From positions 65,727 through 129,726 of the forward strand of contig QQUF01000033.1 in the NCBI GenBank assembly GCA_008501735.1: a stretch of DNA of 64,000 nt. The letters run 5' to 3'. The DNA is from Calditrichota bacterium (lineage in GTDB: Bacteria > CLD3). The notes under the pieces were generated by a model, which saw nothing but the letters and a program-made list of their open reading frames with translations, searched no databases and had not been told where the DNA came from. The translations under genes were made by a program, and so were the position numbers. Within the stretch, counting starts at the first letter, position 1. Every line of letters begins with the position of its first letter. Below, piece after piece: positions 55,810-64,000 of this stretch.

Positions 55810-56784
55810 TTAATTCTCCCTTGAAACTGTAAACTGTAAAAGTTCAATTAGTGCATTTTTATATTTCGAATCGTCAAAAAAATCTAAACTTGAAATGCCT
55901 TTTTCGACAAATTTTTGTGCCATTAATTCTGATTTTTCAAGACCTTCGTAACGATTGATAAAGTTAATAAAATATTCCAAATTGTTTAACTCAATTCCTT
56001 TTTTGACCTTAGAAATTATCTCTTTACGTTCTTTTTTATCACAAGTTTCTAAAGCTAAAATCATTGGTAAAGTTAGTTTCCCTTCCAAAAGGTCATTGCC
56101 TTGAGGCTTTCCTGTTTTTTCAAATTCACCCTGAAAGTTTAGCAAATCATCTTTAATTTGAAAAGCTATTCCAAGATTTTTTGCATAATTTTGGATTGCA
56201 TTTCTTGCTTCAAGCGTATTATTCCCACTTGTGATTACTCCTAGTTTACAAGATGCCATAAAAAGAGCAGCCGTTTTTGCTTCAATTAATTTCAAATAAA
56301 TTTCTAAAGGAATATCAACTTTACGTTTTGTCTCAATTTGTAAAAGTTCGCCCTCTGTCATAATTTGTGCAGTTTCGGCTAAAATTGAAATTGCTTCTAA
56401 ATTGTTGAGTTGATTTAAAATTTTCAAAGTCTGAGCAAACATATGGTCGCCAACAAAAACTGAAAGTCTGTTTTTCCAAATTTTATTCACTGACTCTGAG
56501 CCTCTTCTTGTTGGTGCTTCATCAATCACATCGTCGTGAATCAAAGTTGCCGTGTGAAGTAATTCCATTGCAATTGCTGACTTGATTGTTGAACCTTCTG
56601 TTTGACCACAAACTTTTGCAGAAAGGATTACCAAAATTGGTCTTAAACGTTTTCCACCTCTTTCAGAAACGTACGTAAAAATCTCGTCTGAAAGGGCTAC
56701 TTCACTTTTCAGAGTTTCTATGAGTTCCTTTTTTAAAATAGAAAATTCAGGCTCAATTGCTTCAAAGACTGCTTGTAAATTCAA
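55810..56784 (-). CDS. ispB: Polyprenyl (octa/heptaprenyl) diphosphate synthase
   Basis: GGKRLRP, ELLHTATLIHDDVID, KTAALF, AFQIKDD, G.DL.EGK.TLP. Confidence 0.9.
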   Translation of the reverse strand: MNLQAVFEAIEPEFSILKKELIETLKSEVALSDEIFTYVSERGGKRLRPILVILSAKVCGQTEGSTIKSAIAMELLHTATLIHDDVIDEAPTRRGSESVNKIWKNRLSVFVGDHMFAQTLKILNQLNNLEAISILAETAQIMTEGELLQIETKRKVDIPLEIYLKLIEAKTAALFMASCKLGVITSGNNTLEARNAIQNYAKNLGIAFQIKDDLLNFQGEFEKTGKPQGNDLLEGKLTLPMILALETCDKKERKEIISKVKKGIELNNLEYFINFINRYEGLEKSELMAQKFVEKGISSLDFFDDSKYKNALIELLQFTVSREN

Positions 56785-56808
56785 ATCTAATTTTTCTGGA
56801 TTTTATTC

Positions 56809-57783
56809 TTAGAAATTTCCGAGTTCAGAACACCTAACCCAATGATTCGGCTCAATTTCGATTAATTCTGGTTCCGGTTCATTTTTGCATTTTTCAGTTG
56901 CGTATTTACACCTTGTATGAAAATGACAACCACTCGGAAAGCTCGTTGGATTTGGAACGTTTCCTTCAATAATTTCTAATCTTTCGACTTCCGCTCCAAG
57001 TTTTGGAATTGAGTTAATTAAACCTAATGTGTAAGGGTGTCTTGGATTTTTGAAAATTGTTCTCACATCACCAGTTTCTACAACTTTACTTGCATACATT
57101 ACTACAACTCTATCACAAACCTCTGCGACAACTCCCAAATCGTGAGTAATTAAAATTACAGCCATATTCATTTCTGTTTGTAAACGAGCCATTAGTTCAA
57201 GAATTTGAGCTTGAACAGTTACGTCCAAAGCTGTTGTCGGTTCGTCAGCAATCAAAAGTGAAGGATTACAAGAAAGTCCCATAGCAATCATTACTCTTTG
57301 CCTCATTCCACCAGAAAGTTGATGCGGATATTCGTCAACTCTTTTTTCAGGGTCAGGAATATTTACTAAGTCAAGCATTTCAATTGCACGGTTTCGAGCT
57401 GCTTCCTTATCTAAATTTTGGTGAAGCATTACGGCTTCTTGAATTTGGTCTCCAACTGTAAAAACAGGGTTTAACGAAGTCATCGGTTCTTGGAAAATCA
57501 TAGCAATTTCATTTCCACGAATTTTTCTCATCTCGTCTTCTTCTAATTTTAGAAGATTTTGACCTTTAAAAATGATTTCTCCGCTTACAATTTCTCCAGG
57601 AGGTTTTGGTATCAATTGCATAATCGAAAGTGAAGTAACACTTTTTCCACAACCTGACTCACCAACAATTCCGAGTGTTTCACCTTCGTTAACGAAAAAA
57701 TCTACACCATCAACAGCTGTTGCAGTTCCACTGTCAGTTTGAAAATATGTTCTGAGATTATTTACTTCGAGGAGTTTACCCAT
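56809..57783 (-). CDS. oppD: Oligopeptide/dipeptide ABC transporter ATP-binding protein
   Basis: GESGCGKS, IFQEPMTSLNP, YPHQLSGGMRQR, IADEPTTALDVT, GCHFHTRC. Confidence 0.93.
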   Translation of the reverse strand: MGKLLEVNNLRTYFQTDSGTATAVDGVDFFVNEGETLGIVGESGCGKSVTSLSIMQLIPKPPGEIVSGEIIFKGQNLLKLEEDEMRKIRGNEIAMIFQEPMTSLNPVFTVGDQIQEAVMLHQNLDKEAARNRAIEMLDLVNIPDPEKRVDEYPHQLSGGMRQRVMIAMGLSCNPSLLIADEPTTALDVTVQAQILELMARLQTEMNMAVILITHDLGVVAEVCDRVVVMYASKVVETGDVRTIFKNPRHPYTLGLINSIPKLGAEVERLEIIEGNVPNPTSFPSGCHFHTRCKYATEKCKNEPEPELIEIEPNHWVRCSELGNF

Positions 57784-57918
57784 TTTCTGTTTCCTGTAAA
57801 CTTAGTTTTGGTTTGAGAATTGGACTAAAAATAAATGAAAAAAATAATTTTAGGTAAGTTTTTTAGAACAATAGTTCGGACATTTTTAAGATTTTCCATT
57901 TTTCAAAAAATAAACTGC

Positions 57919-57946
57919 GTATAGACGCACGGCTGTGCATCTCTAA
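57919..57946. repeat. Degenerate GTAG-type REP-like palindrome
   Basis: GTATAGACGCACGGCTGTGCATCTCTAA, a GC-rich island in an AT-rich intergenic region resembling GTAGAGACG...CGTCTCTAC. Confidence 0.5.
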
Positions 57947-58104
57947 AACATAAATTTCATAAAAATCTGAAATGTCTGAACCATTTTTAGAATAAAAATT
58001 AAGTGTAAGCTTTAAATTTTGGGAAAGTTTTATCTTTTTAAAATCTTGATTTTTAAATTTCAATTTTAATCGTATTTTCAAGTCAACTAGTAAGCGAGAA
58101 AAAA

Positions 58105-58536
58105 TTGAATACCAAACCCAAAATCCTAATTACAGACGATGAGTTTTCAAACACATTTGTCTTGAAGAAATTTCTTAGTAAAGAGTACGAAGTCAAAACT
58201 GCCAGAAATGGTAAAGAGACAATTGAACTCATAAAGACCTTTGAACCTGATTTATTACTTTTAGACATTGTTATGCCTGAAATTTCCGGTTTAGAAGTCT
58301 GCGAAGTTCTCACACAAGATGAGAAGTTTTCAGATATGCCGATAATTTTGATTACTTCGAAATCGACTGCTAACGATATTCAAAAAGGCTTTGAAGCAGG
58401 TGCAACAGATTATCTAGCAAAACCATTTTCCAAGGTTGAGTTAGAAGCTCGAATCAAAACTGCACTTCGATTTAGAAAAGTTGCACTTGAAAGAACTCAA
58501 CTTAGAAAAGAATTTGAGAAACTAAATTCTAAGTAA
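58105..58536 (+). CDS. Single-domain response regulator (receiver plus short coiled coil)
   Basis: ILITDD, PDLLLLDIVMPEISG, PIILITS, GATDYLAKPF. Confidence 0.92.
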   Translation: MNTKPKILITDDEFSNTFVLKKFLSKEYEVKTARNGKETIELIKTFEPDLLLLDIVMPEISGLEVCEVLTQDEKFSDMPIILITSKSTANDIQKGFEAGATDYLAKPFSKVELEARIKTALRFRKVALERTQLRKEFEKLNSK

Positions 58537-58546
58537 AAACATTAGT

Positions 58547-59464
58547 CTAATTTTCTAATAAATTTTCAAAGATTCTTGGAATTTCTTCAAAGTCCTGTCC
58601 AAAGTTCAATTCAAAACATTGGCAATCATTTAAAATTGATTGCATTTTACTTAGCTGAGATTTCACTGCTCTGAAATCGCTTAGCGTAAGCGAAAGCGAC
58701 AGAAGTTTTGAAAATGCTTCTGATTTTTCTAATTTTGATAAACTACTTTTGCCTTTAATAATTTTTGGAAAAACGAAAATTTTTGGAATTGCTTTTTCCG
58801 TCGTTTCGAAAGTATTTTTAGAAACTAAGGCTTTACCTTGATAAGAAACTTCTTCATTTAAATTAAGATTTAGAAGTCTTTGAGACTCTTCGGTAAGTTT
58901 CACAGGAGTTGGGAAAGCAAAACAGAAATTGCTCTCTTCTTCAAAAAATATCCTGTCATCAGAAACAAGTTTGAATCCATTTTGGGAAAGAAGGTAAGAA
59001 AGTGTGGTTTTACCATTTCCAGAAGCTCCAGGAATCACGACACAAAAATCATTTTTTGCTACGCAACCTGCGTGCAGAAAATAATATCCATTTTTCCTCA
59101 AAACCTCAACAAGTGCAATCTCAAACATCCAATCAAAAAAAACATCAGTTCTTTCACACAAAAATTCTTCAACATAAAATTTGCATTCATCGCTTTTAAT
59201 TTCGCAGAAACTTCCGTCTCTTTTAAAAACGATGTAAAAAGAATCATTCTCACGATAATAATCTAAATTTGGAGTTGAGTGAACTTTTGGAGAATCTATT
59301 TGAAATTTAGAATTTGATTTTAAAATTTCAAATTTGAAGGAGGGTTTTACATTATTTTGCTTTGGAAAATATTTTTCAATTTCAGAGAAATACTTACTGT
59401 CAAAATCCGTAACAGAAAAAATAAATCTCTGAAATCGAAAAAATTTTATGTTCTTTTTGCTCAA
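58547..59464 (-). CDS. HPr kinase-related P-loop kinase
   Basis: LHAGCV, GASGNGKTTL, LVSDD motifs of the HprK C-terminal-like fold. Confidence 0.75.
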   Translation of the reverse strand: MSKKNIKFFRFQRFIFSVTDFDSKYFSEIEKYFPKQNNVKPSFKFEILKSNSKFQIDSPKVHSTPNLDYYRENDSFYIVFKRDGSFCEIKSDECKFYVEEFLCERTDVFFDWMFEIALVEVLRKNGYYFLHAGCVAKNDFCVVIPGASGNGKTTLSYLLSQNGFKLVSDDRIFFEEESNFCFAFPTPVKLTEESQRLLNLNLNEEVSYQGKALVSKNTFETTEKAIPKIFVFPKIIKGKSSLSKLEKSEAFSKLLSLSLTLSDFRAVKSQLSKMQSILNDCQCFELNFGQDFEEIPRIFENLLEN

Positions 59465-59479
59465 AAGAATAATCTAATT

Positions 59480-60205
59480 TTATGCTTCTTCTGCTTCAAT
59501 TTCAGGCAACAAAATGGCACTACAAGAAGAACAGAAAATATATCTGTCCATTGCACGAACATCAACAACAACTTGTGGCATTAATTTTCTAAAGCAAGCT
59601 CCGCAAGCAGATTTTGTAACTCTTGCAATTCCGACTCTGTTATTGCTTTTTGCTACTCTTGTATATTTTCTTAATATTTTTGCGTCAATTTCAGGAACTA
59701 ATTTCTCGCGTTTTTTAGTTAACTTTTTTTCATCTTTAATTGACTTCTCATCAGTTTCAGCTAATTCTTTTTCTTTCTCGTCAATTTCTTGTTGAATGTC
59801 TTTGGTTTCTTTTTCTAAATCTTCAATTTCTTTTTTGACTTCTTCTTCTTCAGCAATCAAATCGAGAATTTGTTTCTCTAAATCTTCAATTTTCTGTTCT
59901 TGAGTTTCAACTTCTGTATTTATTGCTTCGTACTCTTTATTTGTACTTACTTCATAACGTTGTGCTTGATATTTTTTAATTTTCTCACTTGAAATATCAA
60001 TATCGCCTTGAATTTTTCTTTGTGATTTTTCGATCACTTCAATTTGGCTTTTAAGAGCATTCAAATTGGCATCTTTCAGTTCAAAATCTTCTTTAAGTTC
60101 TGAAATTTGTTCTGGTAATTTACCTCTAGTATTTTTAATGTATTCAAACCCTAAATCTATTTTTTGAAGTTCTTCTAACAATTCCAAATTTTTTCTAATT
60201 GGCAT
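59480..60205 (-). CDS. Coiled-coil protein with C4-type zinc ribbon (DUF164/CT398-like)
   Basis: LQKID, NKEYEA..EVE, CGACF...CSSCSAIL. Confidence 0.9.
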   Translation of the reverse strand: MPIRKNLELLEELQKIDLGFEYIKNTRGKLPEQISELKEDFELKDANLNALKSQIEVIEKSQRKIQGDIDISSEKIKKYQAQRYEVSTNKEYEAINTEVETQEQKIEDLEKQILDLIAEEEEVKKEIEDLEKETKDIQQEIDEKEKELAETDEKSIKDEKKLTKKREKLVPEIDAKILRKYTRVAKSNNRVGIARVTKSACGACFRKLMPQVVVDVRAMDRYIFCSSCSAILLPEIEAEEA

Positions 60206-60235
60206 AATTTGACCTTTCTTGAGTGAATATTGAGC

Positions 60236-60278
60236 AAAAAAAAAGTGCCTTTACCGATTCGGTTAAAAAGTGCACTTT
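60236..60278 (-). terminator. Terminator-like hairpin downstream of tRNA-Ile2, 30 bp upstream of the zinc-ribbon gene
   Basis: AAAGTGC...ACCG-AAT-CGGT...GCAC followed by U9 on the minus strand. Confidence 0.6.
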
Positions 60279-60417
60279 ATCTAAATTTTTAATTTTTGTA
60301 TTTATTTCTAAGAGTTTGGAAATATCATCTATTGGCGGAAATTTGAATTTTTCAAATAATCTGAAATTTTTCATTTGCATAAGATTAAGCAACGATAAAT
60401 TAAGTTAATTAAAAAAG

Positions 60418-60491
60418 TGGGCCCTCAGGGACTTGAACCCTGGACCTACGGATTATGAGTCCGTTGCTCTAACCAACTGAGCTAAAGGCCC
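60418..60491 (-). tRNA. tRNA-Ile2 (CAT, lysidine-modified); CCA not encoded
   Basis: GGGCCTTTAGCTCAGTTGGTTAGAGCAACGGACTCATAATCCGTAGGTCCAGGGTTCAAGTCCCTGAGGGCCCA; acceptor stem and D-arm resemble Ile2 rather than Met. Confidence 0.9.
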
Positions 60492-60514
60492 AATTTTAAA
60501 GAGTAGGAATTAAG

Positions 60515-60557
60515 ATAAAATAAAAATCCCGAATTTACATCGGGATTTTTATTTTAT
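60515..60557 (-). terminator. Perfect 18-bp inverted repeat between the two tRNAs
   Basis: ATAAAATAAAAATCCCGA-N7-TCGGGATTTTTATTTTAT. Confidence 0.75.
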
Positions 60558-60558
60558 A

Positions 60559-60631
<73 letters not shown>

Positions 60632-60662
60632 ACTTACTATTTCTTAGTAAAATTGAGTGCCA

Positions 60663-60691
60663 AAGATAACACCGCTTATATTTATTGTCAA
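60663..60691 (-). promoter_or_regulatory. Sigma70 promoter of the tRNA pair
   Basis: TTGACA-17 bp-TATCTT with extended TGn, ~30 bp upstream of tRNA-Phe. Confidence 0.75.
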
Positions 60692-60767
60692 TAAAAAATA
60701 TTGAAGTTTTTTAACAAAAAAATATCCCTTCTTTTAAGAACTTTTAAAATAAAGTCTTAAAGAAAAA

Positions 60768-61733
60768 CTATTTTTTTCTTTTCAACACTTTTTGTGATGC
60801 TTCGATGATTTCTTTACTTGTTAAACCAAACGCTTTCATCAATTCTGAAGGTTTTCCTGACTTGCCGAATCTATCTTTTACAGCAACGAGTTCCATCGGA
60901 ACAGGTGAATTTTGAACTACAACTTCAGAAACGGCTCCACCAAGTCCACCGTGAATTTGATGTTCTTCAGCAGTAACAATTGCTCCTGTTTCTTCACAAG
61001 CCTTAATAATTGCTTCTCTGTCAATTGGTTTGATAGTATGCATATTTAAAACTCGTGCAGAAATTCCATTTTTTCCAAGTTCTTCTGCAGCAACCAATGC
61101 TTCATAAACCATCATCCCACAAGCAATAATTGTTAAATCGCTTCCACTTGCCATTTCAATTGCTTTACCGATTTGAAATGGTGTGTCTTCATTTGTTACA
61201 ACAGGAACATTTTCACGACCGAATCTTAAGTAAAATGGTCCGAAAGTATTTCCAGCAGCAATTGTAGCTTTTCTTGTTTCGTGAATGTCAGAAGGACAAA
61301 TCACAGTCATATTTGGAATTGAACGAATGATTGCAAATTCTTCCATTGCTTGGTGAGTCGCTCCATCAGGTCCAACCGAAATTCCTCCATGAGCCCCACC
61401 AATTTTTACATTTAAATTTGAATAAGCAACTGTTATTCTGATTTGGTCAAGTGAACGAGTAGAAGCAAATGCTCCATAAGTTGCTAAGAAAGGAACTTTT
61501 CCAGTAAGTGAGAGTCCTGCCGCAACACACATCATATTTTGTTCAGCTATTCCAACTTGAACAAATCTTTCAGGATATTTTTCAGCAAAGAAGTTACACA
61601 TAGTAGAGCCATTAAGGTCAGCCGTAAGGACTACAACATTTGGATTTTCGTCGCCTAATGCAACAAGACCTTTTCCCCAACCTTCTCGTGTTTTTTTCAT
61701 TTCTGGCATTATTTTAAAATCTCCATTTTTCAA
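60768..61733 (-). CDS. Transketolase, C-terminal (pyrimidine-binding) subunit (start may be ATG 61709)
   Basis: GIAEQNM, GPDGATHQ, GP.YLRFGR, TIKPID, AEEH...GGLG. Confidence 0.95.
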   Translation of the reverse strand: MKNGDFKIMPEMKKTREGWGKGLVALGDENPNVVVLTADLNGSTMCNFFAEKYPERFVQVGIAEQNMMCVAAGLSLTGKVPFLATYGAFASTRSLDQIRITVAYSNLNVKIGGAHGGISVGPDGATHQAMEEFAIIRSIPNMTVICPSDIHETRKATIAAGNTFGPFYLRFGRENVPVVTNEDTPFQIGKAIEMASGSDLTIIACGMMVYEALVAAEELGKNGISARVLNMHTIKPIDREAIIKACEETGAIVTAEEHQIHGGLGGAVSEVVVQNSPVPMELVAVKDRFGKSGKPSELMKAFGLTSKEIIEASQKVLKRKK

Positions 61734-62594
61734 TTAATTGTTTTCGAGATGAGTTGTCCACTCTTCTAAAGTTGTTCCTAATTCCTTACAAGCAATTTCG
61801 GCTTGTTCTTTATTCGGTGGATTTCCGTGCCAAGTATGCAAATCTTCCATAAAAGAAACACCTTTACCCATTATCGTATTACCAAGAATCACAGTCGGCT
61901 TTCCTTTGGTATTTTTTGCCTCTTCTAAAGCTGCAAGAATTTCTTCAAAATTATGCCCGTCAATTGTAATTACATTCCAATTAAAAGAACGGAATTTTTC
62001 ATCTAAAGGGTGAATTCCCATAATGTCTTCAACATCACCATCAATTTGTTTTCTATTGTAGTCAACAAAAACACAAATATTATCAAGTTTGTAGTGAGCA
62101 GCAAACATTACGGCTTCCCAAATTTGACCTTCTTGAAGTTCCCCATCTCCACAAATTGCATAAACTCTTCTTGAGTGTTTATCCATTCTTGAACCTAAAG
62201 CTGCCCCAACAGCAACTGAAAGTCCTTGGCCAAGTGAACCACCTGAACATTCAATTCCGGGAACGTGAGCTTTACAAGGATGTCCTTCTAAAAAGCCATC
62301 AAGTTTTCTGAATTTTAGTAAGGCATTTTTTTCAAAATAACCTGACTCTGCCATCAAACTATAAATTACAGGTGTGACGTGCCCAATAGAAAAAAACCAC
62401 ATATCTCTTTCGGAGTATTCAGGATTCTTGGGGTCAATATTCATTTCGTTAAAAAATAATGCTGTTCCGTAATCTGTTGAAGAAAGTGAACCGCCAGAAT
62501 GCCCAGAGCCAGCGTAAGTCAACATTGTAATAATGTCTCTTCTGACTTCTAAGGCTTTAGCTTTAAGTTCATCAATATTTAATTTTTTTCGCAA
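61734..62594 (-). CDS. Transketolase, N-terminal (TPP-binding) subunit
   Basis: GSGHSGGSLS, GSLGQGLS, GDGELQEGQIWEA, T.MGKGVSFME. Confidence 0.95.
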   Translation of the reverse strand: MRKKLNIDELKAKALEVRRDIITMLTYAGSGHSGGSLSSTDYGTALFFNEMNIDPKNPEYSERDMWFFSIGHVTPVIYSLMAESGYFEKNALLKFRKLDGFLEGHPCKAHVPGIECSGGSLGQGLSVAVGAALGSRMDKHSRRVYAICGDGELQEGQIWEAVMFAAHYKLDNICVFVDYNRKQIDGDVEDIMGIHPLDEKFRSFNWNVITIDGHNFEEILAALEEAKNTKGKPTVILGNTIMGKGVSFMEDLHTWHGNPPNKEQAEIACKELGTTLEEWTTHLENN

Positions 62595-62709
62595 TGTTTC
62601 AATTCCTTATTTTTATTAAAAAATTTTAAGACTGCCAAGTTAAATAAGAACCTTTGTTTTTCCAAACACTAAGAACTGAAAAAACAACGATTGAAAGACA
62701 AATTTGAGC

Positions 62710-62749
62710 AAAAAAAAAGCAGTCAAAATTAAAAATCTTGTCTGCTTTT
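62710..62749 (-). terminator. Intrinsic terminator after the cold-shock gene
   Basis: AAAAGCAG.CAA...TTG.CTGC followed by U9 on the minus strand. Confidence 0.7.
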
Positions 62750-62795
62750 GTTCTACAATTTATAAAATATAAACGTAAAATAGTTTTTTTAGGAA

Positions 62796-63014
62796 TTAAC
62801 CAACAATAGTTACATTGTCAGCTTGTGGTCCTTTTTGTCCTTGAACTACTTCAAAAGACACTTTTTGTCCTTCTACTAAAGTTTTTCTTCCAGAACCAGA
62901 ATCAGCTATTGATCTAAAATGAACAAATACATCTGGTCCATTTTCACGTTCAATAAAACCAAATCCTTTTTCGTCATTAAACCATTTAACGACACCTGTT
63001 GATTGATCAGACAT
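62796..63014 (-). CDS. cspA: Cold-shock protein (CspA family)
   Basis: [15 protein letters not shown] (RNP1), DVFVHF (RNP2), QKGPQA. Confidence 0.95.
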   Translation of the reverse strand: MSDQSTGVVKWFNDEKGFGFIERENGPDVFVHFRSIADSGSGRKTLVEGQKVSFEVVQGQKGPQADNVTIVG

Positions 63015-63445
63015 TTAATTACCTCTTTAAAGTTTGAGTTTATTTTAATAGTATAAAAATCATTGTAACAGAACATCTATTAGCAAATAAAAGATTTTAA
63101 GCTATTTAAGTTAAGCACTAAAGGTATGAAATTGATTTTGTTTCGCAAAATATAATTTAAAAGAATTATAAAATGGCTTTGGAAATTGCCTTTATTTTCA
63201 ATAAAACATTCAGTTGAAAATAAAAACCCTGAATTTTGAGGCTTCTTGACAAAATTATTCTTCAAAATTTTGTCGTTAATAAAAAAGGAGAAAATTTAGC
63301 TCAACAAAAATAAGTAGAAAATATACGATTTTTTGCGAATCTCTTTAGAATTGTGAAATTAGGATTCGAAAAATTGTTTTTTGAAAATAGCTTTTTGTTA
63401 AATTGGACCAATATTTTATGCACTTACCACTTTAATTGAAAAAAT

Positions 63446-64000
63446 ATGCCACAACAAATCTTAGCAAATAATCTCACAAAATATTTTGAAGACTTTAGGG
63501 CAGTAAGTTCTGTCTCGTTTGAAGTAAATGAAGGCGAAATTTACGGCTTACTTGGTCCGAACGGAGCTGGTAAAACTACAACTCTGCGTATGCTTTCAGG
63601 AATCTTAAAGCCAAATCAAGGCTTTGTAAAAATTACAAATTTTGACATCCAAGAACAAAAAATTAATGCTTTAAAAAATTTAGGTTTCTTAACTGGAGAC
63701 ACTGGACTTTACGAAAGACTGAACGCAGAAGAAATGATTCGTTACTTCGGTGAACTTTCAGAAGTTGAACCTCAAGTTTTAGAAAATCGAATTAATGAAC
63801 TAATCTCTACTTTTGAAATCTCAGAGTTTAGAAAAAAGCTTTGCGGAAAACTTTCGACAGGGCAAAAACAAAGAGTTTCATTGGCAAGAACTCTGATTCA
63901 CAACCCACAAGTTATAATTTTGGACGAACCGACGACAGGATTAGACATTATTGCAAGTGAACTAATTTTGAAATTTATCCAAAAGGTGAAATCTCAAGGA
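63446..64000 (+). CDS. ABC transporter ATP-binding protein, NatA-like (runs off the right edge; absent from the ORF track)
   Basis: Manual translation from ATG 63446: GLLGPNGAGKTTTLR, TGLYERL, LSTGQKQRV.LAR.L.HNP...LDEPTTGLDI. Confidence 0.9.
   Translation, partial: MPQQILANNLTKYFEDFRAVSSVSFEVNEGEIYGLLGPNGAGKTTTLRMLSGILKPNQGFVKITNFDIQEQKINALKNLGFLTGDTGLYERLNAEEMIRYFGELSEVEPQVLENRINELISTFEISEFRKKLCGKLSTGQKQRVSLARTLIHNPQVIILDEPTTGLDIIASELILKFIQKVKSQG

Noticed and set aside
57863..58081. 72-aa minus-strand ORF
   Set aside because: AT-rich intergenic sequence containing a REP remnant; no recognisable motif or SD
2808..59795. Numerous 60-165 aa ORFs antisense or out of frame within long genes
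   Set aside because: Shadow ORFs of well-supported genes with no protein-like motifs
60195..60408. Short ORFs on both strands between the zinc-ribbon gene and tRNA-Ile2
   Set aside because: No homology cues; they overlap a terminator hairpin
60418..60491. tRNA-Met call from the CAT anticodon
   Set aside because: No initiator features (paired 1-72, no triple G-C anticodon stem); the sequence resembles lysidine tRNA-Ile2, though elongator Met is not fully excluded
63080..63265. 61-aa ORF upstream of the cold-shock gene
   Set aside because: More likely the long 5' UTR/promoter region typical of csp genes; a 9-bp inverted repeat at 63248-63274 was seen but cannot be assigned

Overview
AT-rich bacterial chromosome segment, most likely from an FCB-superphylum, non-Bacteroidetes lineage (Calditrichota/KSB1/Delongbacteria-like). 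This is inferred from the QNYPNPFNP FlgD/T9SS-type C-terminal domains, a PorZ-like gene and SD-led housekeeping genes. (1) 1-22 kb is an accessory island of giant secreted proteins (PNGase F-like amidase, multidomain S8 protease, secreted GH57 with six CBM20-like modules, MAM/CARDB adhesin). It is interleaved with signalling genes (a TPR protein ending in a HisKA with no ATPase domain, and a class III cyclase-AAA-TPR protein) and two CRP-like boxes. (2) 22-36 kb holds tex, secreted/outer-membrane proteins, tam, leuB and the ffh-rpsP-khpA-khpA-rimM-trmD-rplS cluster with a tandemly duplicated khpA. (3) At ~36.0-36.2 kb there is an unannotated candidate sigma54-driven small RNA with an anti-Shine-Dalgarno motif and its own terminator. 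(4) 37-60 kb covers envelope and metabolic genes (MscS plus a large P-loop ATPase, PorZ, ribH, an Ig-CpcT/CpeT fusion lipoprotein, an S8 protease, glycosyltransferases, ispB, oppD). It also contains a RAYT transposase flanked by five copies of an unusual 31-bp REP palindrome that recurs, with compensatory changes, as a tandem doublet after tex. (5) 60-64 kb has tRNA-Ile2(CAT), tRNA-Phe(GAA), a split transketolase, a cold-shock gene and a partial NatA-like ABC ATPase. No CRISPR array, prophage or rRNA was seen. All family calls are from motif recognition, not database searches.
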